Source of the DNA: a virus
IMG/VR virus record: IMGVR_UViG_3300042400_000421
Span: 22,059-86,058 of that record
Direction: 5' to 3' (one strand)
Length of the DNA stretch: 64,000 nucleotides
Shown piece by piece: positions 50,606-59,652 of this stretch. The position numbers and the translations under genes are program-made. Numbering within the stretch: position 1 is the stretch's first letter; each line of letters starts with the position of its first letter. The notes beneath the pieces are model-generated. The model was not told where the DNA came from, searched no databases, and saw nothing but the letters and a program-made list of their open reading frames with translations.

Positions 50606-50964
50606 TACGACTCCTCAACTCCAAAAATAGTTACATTCAATGCAGAGTTTGCAGAGCATAAAAATGTAATCTGATCACTAGTTGTATTGCTTGCAGTATT
50701 TCCATTGTTAATTAAAACCATTGAACAGTTAAAAGCAAGAGTTTCATTAGCATTAACTGTTATATTACTTAATATATCATGTGTATTGGCTTCGGCAACA
50801 TTAAGAGGCTTTAAACGAATGGTTGCAGTTCTTGAAGACGCTGTTGTATTTGTGATTAGAATTTGTTTAACAATTGTAGTTGTGTTTAGAGGTACAGTAT
50901 AAGCAACAGCAGTAACTGTTGATATCTGGGTTGGACCAGCCAACCTTTTTTGACTAATTGGCAT
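50605..50964 (-). CDS. small beta-sandwich virion protein (paralogue of 57128..57460)
   Basis: YTV...IV..I...N...TVNANET...GVE. Confidence 0.6.
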   Translation of the reverse strand: MPISQKRLAGPTQISTVTAVAYTVPLNTTTIVKQILITNTTASSRTATIRLKPLNVAEANTHDILSNITVNANETLAFNCSMVLINNGNTASNTTSDQITFLCSANSALNVTIFGVEES

Positions 50965-51722
50965 TATATAACCTCCATATAGAATCTGATCATGTTGTCA
51001 CGAACAGTATTGCTATTTACCCATAAACTACCATTATATTCTAAAACCTGTCCTGATGCTGGGGTTGTGATGGAAACATCGTGGAGTTCATCTATTTCGT
51101 ACCCATTCTGTGTTGCAACATAGACAATTCCGTTATTTGTTGCACGAACAACAACGCCAACAAAGACGAGGTGTTCTGGGGCAGATGGTTTTGTTTTTGT
51201 AAAAGCCCCATTTTCGCCAAGCCATAAAACATCGCCAGCCGTGTATCCAACCGACAGATCAATACCATCGACATATCCACGAGTGACAACAGGACCGTTT
51301 TCAGAAGTTGCAATCGATGAAGCGACTAATCCTATTGTTTTGGATGATGTAGCATCAGAGTCATTGTCTGCTCTTTTTACTGTTGCATGGTCACCTGTTG
51401 CCCCAAAGAGATAAACAACAGTTCCGGTTGTAAGCGTTGTTGCCTCAGCATTACGAACATAAGTTGCGTTTGAAGCATACTTATTAACCCAGTTGGTACC
51501 GTCATAAACAAGAGATTCATATTCTAGTGGCGATGTAATTACGACATCGGTAAGACCATCTAGATTTAAAGAACCAGAACTCCCGAATTCAACAATAGTA
51601 TTAGAAGAGTTTTTATAAAAAAGCTTACCGTCAGCATAATTAAGCCCTAACTCTCCATGCTCAAGCGTAGAGGGGACTGCAGTAGTTGTTCCTGAGTTTT
51701 TAATTTTAATGGTGTTAGCCAT
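50964..51722 (-). CDS. fibre-like virion protein
   Basis: MANTIKIK..VPSTLEHGELGLNYADGKLFY N-terminal attachment motif; LxDV-I...LxYxGxxWVN repeats. Confidence 0.7.
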   Translation of the reverse strand: MANTIKIKNSGTTTAVPSTLEHGELGLNYADGKLFYKNSSNTIVEFGSSGSLNLDGLTDVVITSPLEYESLVYDGTNWVNKYASNATYVRNAEATTLTTGTVVYLFGATGDHATVKRADNDSDATSSKTIGLVASSIATSENGPVVTRGYVDGIDLSVGYTAGDVLWLGENGAFTKTKPSAPEHLVFVGVVVRATNNGIVYVATQNGYEIDELHDVSITTPASGQVLEYNGSLWVNSNTVRDNMIRFYMEVI

Positions 51723-51734
51723 TACTTCCTCCTA

Positions 51735-52835
51735 CTAGAAAGTACCGCCATCTACTGTATCAGACCATGCAGGTACACCTGCTACAACTTTCAAGAACTG
51801 ACCTGTTGTTCCGATTCCAAGATTGGAAAGAGTGTTTCCAGATGAGGAATAAACTAAATCACCAGTTGTGTAAGAAGTAAGACCAGTACCTCCAGATGTT
51901 GAAGCAATTGCTGTACCATTCCATACACCAGTCACAATAGTGCCAAGTGTAGTCAAACTTGAGTATATGACTCCTGACCCTAAAGTTGTATTTGAAAGAA
52001 CTGAAGTTCCAGCGATTTCGTAAACTTTTCCTGCAACGAGGTTTAAATCTTCAGATGAAGTCCATGCGTCTGTTGCATCAACCCAGTTGAAGGTTTTGTT
52101 TGTTGCGCCAAGAATTGTAATACCAGCGCCATCAGCCGTTGTATCTGTTGGAGTAGCAACATTTGCAAGAACAATATTCTTATCCTCAACAACCAGAGTT
52201 GCGGTATTAAGAGTTGTTGTATTCCCATTAACAATCAAGTCTCCTGTAACGGTAAGTGTATTTCCAATTGTTACATCATCTGGAAGACCAATTGTTACAG
52301 CACCAGTCCAAGGACCAGTGCCAGTGCCAGAGACAGTAACTTCATTTGATGTTCCTGTGACTGATGTAACAGCAGCTGTTCCAAGATCGCTAATTTGTGA
52401 ACCAGTAATTGAAATCGTTGTATTACCAGCAGCAGTTAGACGACCATCCCCCTGTACAGTGAATGTAGCAACAGTATTTGCACTACCATAAGAACCGACT
52501 GTGACTGCTGTATTGCCAAGAGTAACTCCAGAAATTGCATTATCAACATAAAGTTTTGTTGCAGCATGAGTGTTTGCTGTTGGAGTAGGTACAAGAACAA
52601 GACCATTGAAAGTCTTATTTCCTGATACTGTTTGAACACCAGAGAGGGTCAAGTATGCGCCTGCACCACCAATTGCTTCTACTGTTGTAGCAGTGCCTCC
52701 TGCACCACCCGTTCCTTTACCGTAGTAAAGAACATCGTCTACTTCGTTATATGCAAGTTCTGCATTCTCCAGAGAGGCTGGTGCACCGGCTGCTCCTCCA
52801 GAAGCCCTTCTTTTAATTCTAATTGTATTAGCCAT
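51735..52835 (-). CDS. fibre-like virion protein
   Basis: MANTIRIKRR...PASLENAELAYN; VTGDLIVNG..T....VEDKNI; ends VDGGTF. Confidence 0.72.
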   Translation of the reverse strand: MANTIRIKRRASGGAAGAPASLENAELAYNEVDDVLYYGKGTGGAGGTATTVEAIGGAGAYLTLSGVQTVSGNKTFNGLVLVPTPTANTHAATKLYVDNAISGVTLGNTAVTVGSYGSANTVATFTVQGDGRLTAAGNTTISITGSQISDLGTAAVTSVTGTSNEVTVSGTGTGPWTGAVTIGLPDDVTIGNTLTVTGDLIVNGNTTTLNTATLVVEDKNIVLANVATPTDTTADGAGITILGATNKTFNWVDATDAWTSSEDLNLVAGKVYEIAGTSVLSNTTLGSGVIYSSLTTLGTIVTGVWNGTAIASTSGGTGLTSYTTGDLVYSSSGNTLSNLGIGTTGQFLKVVAGVPAWSDTVDGGTF

Positions 52836-52836
52836 T

Positions 52837-53112
52837 TTAGTAATTACCTCCATCAAGTAATGTATTTGCGATTGAGTGAGCATGGTCTGCTCTACTTGCA
52901 ACCTCAAGAGTTCCGCTATTTGCGGACCTTGTTATATCCAACGGCGCTGCGTCAGATAATGTTAAAATTCTTTCTAGTGTTATTGTTGTTGGAGCACCAA
53001 CGATGGTTGTTATATCACCATTCTGAACGCTCAATATACTTGCATCACCACTAGACACAGATAAACTTGTTATATCACCAGTATTAACCTGTAAGATTGT
53101 TGTATCAGCCAC
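52837..53112 (-). CDS. small virion protein
   Basis: ASRADHAH fibre motif; ends LDGGNY. Confidence 0.6.
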   Translation of the reverse strand: MADTTILQVNTGDITSLSVSSGDASILSVQNGDITTIVGAPTTITLERILTLSDAAPLDITRSANSGTLEVASRADHAHSIANTLLDGGNY

Positions 53113-53440
53113 GACTTACCTGACCTGTCAATGAAACTTTGCCTGTCATTAAAGTTGTTACATACGAACCATTTGTTTCTTCAAAGTCGTAAAAATAAAT
53201 TCCAGGTTCTATTGAAGATGTAGCATCTGAAGAAAGAGACATTGTTACAAGACCATTAGCAGCACTTGTTACAGCAACGGTGAAAGAAAGGACTACGGAA
53301 TCAGACGAGCGAGATTTGCGCATCTGAGCCGTATAAGTTCTTCCTGTAATGTTTGTATTAACATTCGCACTATTTCTAATCCGAATTTCGTGCGTATAAC
53401 TATCACCTTTGTAAATTGAGATATTTCTTTCTGCAGCCAT
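53105..53440 (-). CDS. Ig-like/BppU-like virion attachment protein
   Basis: IYKGDS...ITGRTYTAQMR...YFYDFE...LMTGKV. Confidence 0.65.
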   Translation of the reverse strand: MAAERNISIYKGDSYTHEIRIRNSANVNTNITGRTYTAQMRKSRSSDSVVLSFTVAVTSAANGLVTMSLSSDATSSIEPGIYFYDFEETNGSYVTTLMTGKVSLTGQVSRG

Positions 53441-53442
53441 AG

Positions 53443-53541
53443 TTAGCAGTCACAAGTCTCACAACCACAGTCGCATTGTTCAACACAATCGCAATCACAC
53501 TCACAAGACTTATTTCTCCCCTTTGTCAAATCTTCCATCAT
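53443..53541 (-). CDS. metallothionein-like Cys-rich microprotein (32 aa)
   Basis: Manual translation MMEDLTKGRNKSCECDCDCVEQCDCGCETCDC; ATGA overlap with the upstream stop; ends 2 nt before the next ATG. Confidence 0.65.
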   Translation of the reverse strand: MMEDLTKGRNKSCECDCDCVEQCDCGCETCDC

Positions 53542-54068
53542 GCACCTGGCTTTGGCAAGGCTCTCCATGCTGCTTCAAATTTAGCAGCGTCTTTTGCCAT
53601 TTCTGGAGAAAGTTCCACATGCAACCACTGGCCGCCAAATGAACCAGCATTATCATCTTTGGTAAAAATTTTTACCCCAGCCTCATTTTCTCCTCTTGAG
53701 CAGCGAAATCCTCTTCCATACCCTTGCACTTTATCTTTAACATTAGTATCAAAAGCATAGTCATGGATTTCTTCAATTCCTAATTCTTTAGTATGAGCAA
53801 GGAACCAATTCCACATTTCAACTCCTGTCTTACGATCTGGATAACCTAAGTCAACAGCAGCGCCAGTTGCATGAACAGACATCCACTTCTCCATACCAGG
53901 ATCTCCAATCTTCTTACCTTCGGTATGAGAGTTTCTCATCAGCCTGGCAACATAGATCCCCATATTGGTTGCTTTCCATCTTTTATTGCAAAGTTCAGCG
54001 AGTTTTTGAGTTCCAGGCTGTGCTTTTTTTCCGTCAAAACTTGGGTAATAGCTATACTTTCTTGGCAT
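53538..54068 (-). CDS. putative endolysin, M15/Hedgehog-like Zn peptidase
   Basis: R...SVHATGAAVD...WLHVE (SxHxxGxAxD...HxE); next to a holin-like gene. Confidence 0.75.
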   Translation of the reverse strand: MPRKYSYYPSFDGKKAQPGTQKLAELCNKRWKATNMGIYVARLMRNSHTEGKKIGDPGMEKWMSVHATGAAVDLGYPDRKTGVEMWNWFLAHTKELGIEEIHDYAFDTNVKDKVQGYGRGFRCSRGENEAGVKIFTKDDNAGSFGGQWLHVELSPEMAKDAAKFEAAWRALPKPGA

Positions 54069-54256
54069 TATTTTGTCTTCCCAAATGCCGAATCATTAGG
54101 ATTCAGATAGCGCATAATGACAGGAAGGGCAGCAGCCCATAATGCATTTGCAGCCATTTTTACATCACCAGTTGATGCGTATACAGCAACAGCAGCTCCC
54201 AATACGCTTCTTGCGTAGGATGCAGCCATTGCCTTTTGTGCTTCAGTAATTTTCAT
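54068..54256 (-). CDS. putative holin
   Basis: Start MKITEA with SD aaggag; two TM segments; RYLNPND. Confidence 0.7.
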   Translation of the reverse strand: MKITEAQKAMAASYARSVLGAAVAVYASTGDVKMAANALWAAALPVIMRYLNPNDSAFGKTK

Positions 54257-54299
54257 ATATATCTCCTTTTGTGGATAACCACTATAAGTCAATTATACC

Positions 54300-54548
54300 T
54301 TAGATGTCTTTTTGAGGCTGACTTTTAGAACCATTAAAGATTTCATCAATTTCATTTGCGTCAAGTTTGCCATCATTAAGAAAGGCTTTTGCAAGACCTT
54401 CAACAACTTTAGCAACTCCGCCAATTCCAGCCATAAGGACTGCTTGGGGGAGGTTGACTCCAGCAATAGAGCCAGCCCCAATTACTCCAAGACCAGATGC
54501 CCCAAATACAGCAAGTATTCTCAATAATATATTTTTAGTATTATTCAT
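54300..54548 (-). CDS. small two-TM membrane protein (holin-like)
   Basis: Hydrophobic N-terminal half; DGKLDANEID tail. Confidence 0.6.
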   Translation of the reverse strand: MNNTKNILLRILAVFGASGLGVIGAGSIAGVNLPQAVLMAGIGGVAKVVEGLAKAFLNDGKLDANEIDEIFNGSKSQPQKDI

Positions 54549-54565
54549 TTTATTTTTCTCCTTTT

Positions 54566-55240
54566 TTACTCAAACAAAGTATTGTTTATTCTATAAACTA
54601 AAAACTCTTGAGCTCCAATATTTTTATTTTGAATTAAAATATCATCTAATTCATAAAAGAATTTGTTAATTAATTTATACATAGTCTCAATGTTTCCTAT
54701 GTAAATATTGTCAATTCCATAATTATTTTCATTATCAAAAATAAATGCATTTTTTGTAAATATCATTTTATTATTATCTTTTATAAAGTTAATAATTTTT
54801 TCTTTTTCAAAATTATTACTATTGTCCATAATGTCAAATCTTAAATTTATAATTGCTTTATTTTTGTCTACATTTTTATTATGGATATCTTCTATTACTC
54901 TATGTTTTCCATACCAATAATTTTTCCAACCAATGAGTGGAGTGGTTATATTCTGAATATTTCCAGATGTATTACCTATCAAAGTTATTTGAGTATCATC
55001 ATCAATAATAATGTTTTTAATTAAATGTTGTAAATCATCAAAATAATCATAAATAATTTGATTATTTACTTTTTTATTATTAACAGCTATTTGTCTATAG
55101 CTAATATTGTTCGCAAATATATCCCAAGTATGTATAAAAATTTTTAAATCTGGGTATAGGGCATAAATTTCTTTCACCAAAGAGTAAAGATCCTTTCTTT
55201 CAAATGAATTACGGATATGCCCTCTAATCATAAGTATCAT
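54566..55240 (-). CDS. AT-rich hypothetical protein, possibly glycan-related
   Basis: RGHIR, FIHTW and LRFD motifs; very Ile/Asn/Lys-rich. Confidence 0.6.
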   Translation of the reverse strand: MILMIRGHIRNSFERKDLYSLVKEIYALYPDLKIFIHTWDIFANNISYRQIAVNNKKVNNQIIYDYFDDLQHLIKNIIIDDDTQITLIGNTSGNIQNITTPLIGWKNYWYGKHRVIEDIHNKNVDKNKAIINLRFDIMDNSNNFEKEKIINFIKDNNKMIFTKNAFIFDNENNYGIDNIYIGNIETMYKLINKFFYELDDILIQNKNIGAQEFLVYRINNTLFE

Positions 55241-55247
55241 TTATAAA

Positions 55248-55415
55248 TCATTCCTCTTTTTTAATTAGTGCTCCAAACATATGGACAACAAAAGCAGTAA
55301 CTGTTAGCCATAATCCATAAGTTTGAGTTTTGCCAGATAATGTAATTAAAACAATTACACCTCCAGATAATGTCCATGCCAAAGCATGGAGTTCTTTTAA
55401 TATTTTTTTAAACAT
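55248..55415 (-). CDS. small two-TM membrane protein (55 aa)
   Basis: Manual translation MFKKILKELHALAWTLSGGVIVLITLSGKTQTYGLWLTVTAFVVHMFGALIKKEE; TAATG overlap with the upstream gene. Confidence 0.65.
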   Translation of the reverse strand: MFKKILKELHALAWTLSGGVIVLITLSGKTQTYGLWLTVTAFVVHMFGALIKKEE

Positions 55416-57103
55416 TATTTTCTCCTTGATCGGCTACTACCCCGATCTGTATTACCAGAACCACCGCCTCCGGATGGTCCACCAGCACCTCCACCCGATG
55501 GGGCAGAACTGCCTCCAGAGGGCATAGGAGCTGTTGTAATCATTGTTAAAGTAGTTGTTACAGCAATGAGTGCCCTTCTTGCTTTTACATCTATCCCAGA
55601 GCCTGTAGGGATATAATCATCAAGACCTTCTCCGAAGATGTCAATCGCCCCCTCGAAGGCTTCTTTAATTTCAGTTGGGGCATCGGTAAGTGTTTCAACA
55701 AGAGCAACTTCTTCTGCTGGAGTAAGATTCTCAACAGCAATTTCTTGGAAGATTTCTGTAGCTTGATTTGCGTCAATACTTTCCAAAACCTTTGCGCTCG
55801 TAGCAAGGTCTGTTGCTTGGTCTTCTGTAACACCAAGTTCCAAAACACTGTCAACAGCATTAGACACCTGTTCTTCAGAAACAGAATCTGACTCTAAAAT
55901 TCCAACAACCGCTTCAAATTGTTCATCTGACAACGGCGTATCTAATACAGAGTCAATAACTGATGCAAATTTTTCATCCGAGATTGGCTCATCAAAAATA
56001 GAATCAAGGGCAGCAGAAAATTGCTCTTCAGATAACGGCTCAGAAAAGACTGCATCGACAGCAGCTTCAAATTGTTCTGCACTTAGTTGAGATGTATTGT
56101 CAAAGACAGCTTCCACTGCAGCAGAGAAGTTTTCGTCAGACATAGGCCCATCAAACACTGAATCAATAACTGTAGAAAACTGCGAATCAGTTAAATCTTG
56201 ACCAAGAAGAGAATTAACCACTGCCGTAAGTTCTTCAGGAGTTCCGACATCTGCTACTAAGTCATCAACAGCATTTGCAAGGTTTGCATTAGTTATAGGT
56301 GCATCGAAAATATCATCAACCGTTGCGTCTATAGTTTCTTGAACCTCTTGGGGAACTTCAATTGTTGGCGTTGGGTCTTCAGGAATTTCAACAGGTGTTG
56401 TATCTATTTCTGGAGTAGAAACTGGAGTTTGGTCCAACTCGGGAATTGAAACAGTGGTGTTTTCTGTTGGAAGTGTTTCAACAGGAGGGGGAATAACTTC
56501 CTCAACAGTCGTTGTAGTCGGTTCAGGCTCAGGTGCTATAGTTGTTGTAGAAGTTGTAGTGGAGGTTGTAGTTGAAGATGTTGTTGTTGTGGTCGGCACC
56601 ACTGTCGTTGTGGTTGTGGTTGTTGTGGTGGTCGTTGTAGAAGTTGTAGTAGTTGGCTCTATTGTGGTAGAAGTAGTTGTGGTTGATTCCACTGTCGTAG
56701 AAGTAGTTTGAGTAGAACCAACACCGTTAAAACTTAATTCATATTGTAAGTTCCACCCTCCATTGGTATGCCAAGCATCAGGGTTGCCACAACAGATACC
56801 AGCCCTTAGCCTATAACGACCAGCAGGCACCTCCATTGAGATATACGACTGCAGACCAATGGAGTCATCAATGCTATAGAGAAGCGTTCCAGATTCGTTA
56901 TATAACCAAAGCATAGGGTCTGAGTTATAACCAGCAATCATATAGGTTTGCGCTATGAACTGAGTAGTCTCACTGTATTCAAACCAAACATCCGTTGGCT
57001 GTGTGATTATTAGGTTTTCAGCCTTGGCGGGGGATGCAAAAATAGAAATAAAAATTAAAGGTATTAATACCCAAGAACCTTTTTTAAATCTTAATTGTCT
57101 CAC
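55415..57103 (-). CDS. secreted/surface protein with Thr-rich linker and acidic 17-aa repeats
   Basis: Signal peptide ending AKA, beta domain, poly-Thr linker, repeats, hydrophobic segment and basic C-terminus. Confidence 0.75.
   Translation of the reverse strand: MRQLRFKKGSWVLIPLIFISIFASPAKAENLIITQPTDVWFEYSETTQFIAQTYMIAGYNSDPMLWLYNESGTLLYSIDDSIGLQSYISMEVPAGRYRLRAGICCGNPDAWHTNGGWNLQYELSFNGVGSTQTTSTTVESTTTTSTTIEPTTTTSTTTTTTTTTTTTVVPTTTTTSSTTTSTTTSTTTIAPEPEPTTTTVEEVIPPPVETLPTENTTVSIPELDQTPVSTPEIDTTPVEIPEDPTPTIEVPQEVQETIDATVDDIFDAPITNANLANAVDDLVADVGTPEELTAVVNSLLGQDLTDSQFSTVIDSVFDGPMSDENFSAAVEAVFDNTSQLSAEQFEAAVDAVFSEPLSEEQFSAALDSIFDEPISDEKFASVIDSVLDTPLSDEQFEAVVGILESDSVSEEQVSNAVDSVLELGVTEDQATDLATSAKVLESIDANQATEIFQEIAVENLTPAEEVALVETLTDAPTEIKEAFEGAIDIFGEGLDDYIPTGSGIDVKARRALIAVTTTLTMITTAPMPSGGSSAPSGGGAGGPSGGGGSGNTDRGSSRSRRK
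56510..56712 (-). repeat. low-complexity ACN codon repeats encoding a poly-Thr linker
   Basis: gttgt/gtggt runs on the + strand, in frame within 55415..57103. Confidence 0.8.
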
Positions 57104-57127
57104 CTAACAATAATACTAGATTATGAG

Positions 57128-57460
57128 TTAAGCAGAATACTCAACACCACTAATCGTAAAAGTACACTTATTATTAGCATTTACTACATAAATTTTTTGC
57201 TCAGCGCTAAGAACAATTCCTGCGTCATAAGAAACAGTTTCATTTGCATTAACAGTAAATGTTTTAAGAATTGCATTATTATTTCCCGGAGTGCCAGCAG
57301 ATGATAAAAGATGAATATCACATGTTGCAGCAGTTCCAGTAACATTACAAATGTTAATATTTCTAACTATTGAATAACTTCCTGCAGTGTTAGAAACTGT
57401 GTAGACATTTGAAGCGGTGTCATTACCGATATATAAATTTTTTGGCAATAAGTTAGCCAT
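57128..57460 (-). CDS. small beta-sandwich virion protein
   Basis: Paralogous to 50605..50964. Confidence 0.6.
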   Translation of the reverse strand: MANLLPKNLYIGNDTASNVYTVSNTAGSYSIVRNINICNVTGTAATCDIHLLSSAGTPGNNNAILKTFTVNANETVSYDAGIVLSAEQKIYVVNANNKCTFTISGVEYSA

Positions 57461-57810
57461 TAGACCCCCATCCAGTAAAGGATTTGACCGTCAAAGACGG
57501 CCGTGTTCATTGATTGAACAGCAGTTGCATCTAGAACATGATCAACAGTTGAGCCAGCAGCGTGTGGCAATGCAACTGTACCGTCATAACCTCTTGATGC
57601 AACAGTAAAATCATTTGAGATTCTTGACGAAACTAAAATTTTTTCTTCATCAGTAGTAGATCTTCCTATGACTATAACGAACGGATTTGTATCGCCAGTT
57701 GGGAATGTAGAGCCATCAGATACACTAAAAGAAGTAGATGAGTTTGAAATATTTGCACTTAGAGTCTGGACAATAACAGCCCCAGAAATCTCTCTTCTTT
57801 CAATTCCCAT
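57460..57810 (-). CDS. virion protein
   Basis: TLSANISNSSTSFSV...EKILV...RGYDGTVALPH domain, also seen in 27619..31512. Confidence 0.65.
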   Translation of the reverse strand: MGIERREISGAVIVQTLSANISNSSTSFSVSDGSTFPTGDTNPFVIVIGRSTTDEEKILVSSRISNDFTVASRGYDGTVALPHAAGSTVDHVLDATAVQSMNTAVFDGQILYWMGV

Positions 57811-57821
57811 ATGAACTCCTA

Positions 57822-58202
57822 TTAGTCAATTGTGATGTCTAAGTCACCAGTTGCAATTCTTAATGTGTCGCCAGCATCAAGAGATTTGTTTGCGGTTAAT
57901 GTTCCATGAATAAGAATGTTTCCACCAGTGCTGTTGTCAAGAACAGCAACTGCGACTACGGTGCATGCAGGCATTCCAGTAAAGTCTAGGTTGCTTGAAT
58001 TAGCTGTAGCACCACCTGTTGAAGCAGTCCATGCCCCTGCAATTCGAGCATAGGAGCCTCCTGTAACTTCTGTGCCTGCCGAAGAATCGGTCGGGGCAAC
58101 GGTGTACAACGCAACATATGTTGTTGGCATTGTATATGCTGTTGTTCCTAGAACATGATCTAGAACTTTGTTTTCAGCGTAGTTTGTAAGGCTTCCTGCC
58201 AT
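57822..58202 (-). CDS. virion structural protein
   Basis: NYAENKVLDH, YVALYT..P, EVTGGSYAR; follows the capsid block. Confidence 0.7.
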   Translation of the reverse strand: MAGSLTNYAENKVLDHVLGTTAYTMPTTYVALYTVAPTDSSAGTEVTGGSYARIAGAWTASTGGATANSSNLDFTGMPACTVVAVAVLDNSTGGNILIHGTLTANKSLDAGDTLRIATGDLDITID

Positions 58203-58204
58203 AA

Positions 58205-58519
58205 TTAATCCTCCTTAGAATTAAGATAATCCTCAAGCTCTAATTGGTTTGGAGCTCTAAAATTGTCAAGAGTTAAAAGGAAGTCTGCTTGATCTTCCGA
58301 AACTTCTTTTATATTGTCTTCTCTTGTGAAAAAAATATCCCCTGATACATAAGATGCACCAGACTCAAAGATGATTACTTTTAAACCAGTTGCTGCAGGA
58401 GTATCTTTCTTTTCTGCTTTTGGTTTTGCTGCAGCCTTTTTTGCTGGAGCTTTTTTTACAGGATTGCTTTCTGCTTTTGCAGAAGTTACGTCTGTGCTTT
58501 TAATAACATTGTCACTCAT
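58205..58519 (-). CDS. hypothetical protein with Lys/Ala-rich tail
   Basis: KKAPAKKAAAKPK; apparently leaderless. Confidence 0.65.
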   Translation of the reverse strand: MSDNVIKSTDVTSAKAESNPVKKAPAKKAAAKPKAEKKDTPAATGLKVIIFESGASYVSGDIFFTREDNIKEVSEDQADFLLTLDNFRAPNQLELEDYLNSKED

Positions 58520-58555
58520 AGTTAATAGATTACCATATCCTTATATAAAATGCGA

Positions 58556-58581
58556 GAAGGAGGGGAATTAACCCCTCCTTC
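58556..58581 (-). terminator. hairpin terminator after the major capsid gene
   Basis: gaaggagggg-ttaatt-cccctccttc 10-bp stem. Confidence 0.75.
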
Positions 58582-58605
58582 CACAGAAATTTTATTTTCT
58601 AAATG

Positions 58606-59637
58606 TTAGAGGCTACGAAGCTTAACATTCTTGCCGATTACATACGAATCTGCGTTTTCAATGTTGTTACCAACACGCATAAACTGAGTATACTCAATTG
58701 TGTCGCTCTTTGGCTTGAACTGACGATAAACTGTAATATCACGGTGGATACCAATGATACGGTTGTTAGGGAATGTCAATTCAATGTGACCATGGGAACC
58801 GGCTGTACCTGAGTAATCGCCCGTAACGGTTTCTGGCATAAGTGGAACTTCCACCAATGGGATACCGAATGGAGAGATACCAGTTGAACCAGGACCACCA
58901 TTCATACGCATTGAACCTTGCAAGAAAGCCATGTCACCTGCTAATGAGCCTGGTGATGGTGCGCCTGCAGTTGCGGCTGTAGCGGAGTTTGGATTGCCCA
59001 AGCTGTAGATTGTGTCCTGAACAACGCCTGAACCAGAGAAGAACTTCAGTTCATTTCTGCGCTGAAGGTACTTGGTTGGCATGTTGCGAAGGATACGGTC
59101 GTAAGTAGCTCTTGAAACCTGATTACCAGCTTCATCAACTGTACGGCCATTGGCTTTTGCAAGCTTAATGAAACCATCGACAGCCTTGATAAGACCATTG
59201 TTTGAAGATGTATTACCATTGATGAACAAATCGTCAAGGTCGTTAGCTGTTTGACGAGCCATAACCTGTGCGATGTGGTCTTCAAGGGAAGCGCCTTCAA
59301 TGTTGTCCTCAAGTGACTCTGTTGATACGGACCAATCAAGACGCAACTTAACGGTGCTGATTGATACCTTGCTGAAGGTGACGGCTGCATTTGTGCCGTC
59401 ATCTGTTGCCTCGGTTGCCTTTGAAAGCAAACGAGTTCCAACGGAAACCTTATCGATTTCCATTTGTGGAGTACGCATGCGAACGACTCTTGCGTTCTGC
59501 ATTAATACTGATTGGTCAATGACGAAATCAAGGAAACGATTCGACTGGGCTGGCTTTAACAGACCACCAGAATCATTACCAACAACACCTGTTGTTACTT
59601 CATTAGCCTTTGAAAGAATTTCTTCTTGTGATGCCAT
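58606..59637 (-). CDS. major capsid protein (HK97 fold)
   Basis: GGLLKPAQSNRFLD, STESLEDNIEG, DLFING; strong SD gaggagg. Confidence 0.93.
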   Translation of the reverse strand: MASQEEILSKANEVTTGVVGNDSGGLLKPAQSNRFLDFVIDQSVLMQNARVVRMRTPQMEIDKVSVGTRLLSKATEATDDGTNAAVTFSKVSISTVKLRLDWSVSTESLEDNIEGASLEDHIAQVMARQTANDLDDLFINGNTSSNNGLIKAVDGFIKLAKANGRTVDEAGNQVSRATYDRILRNMPTKYLQRRNELKFFSGSGVVQDTIYSLGNPNSATAATAGAPSPGSLAGDMAFLQGSMRMNGGPGSTGISPFGIPLVEVPLMPETVTGDYSGTAGSHGHIELTFPNNRIIGIHRDITVYRQFKPKSDTIEYTQFMRVGNNIENADSYVIGKNVKLRSL

Positions 59638-59652
59638 ATTATATTCCTCCTC

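Noticed and set aside
54270-54278. Perfect DnaA box TTATCCACA (another at 63721..63729)
   Set aside because: Isolated single 9-mers, one inside a CDS; compatible with chance in an AT-rich 64-kb sequence.
56454-56711. Plus-strand Val-rich ORF and the other plus-strand ORFs in the track
   Set aside because: They are antisense shadows of well-supported minus-strand genes with no recognisable motifs.
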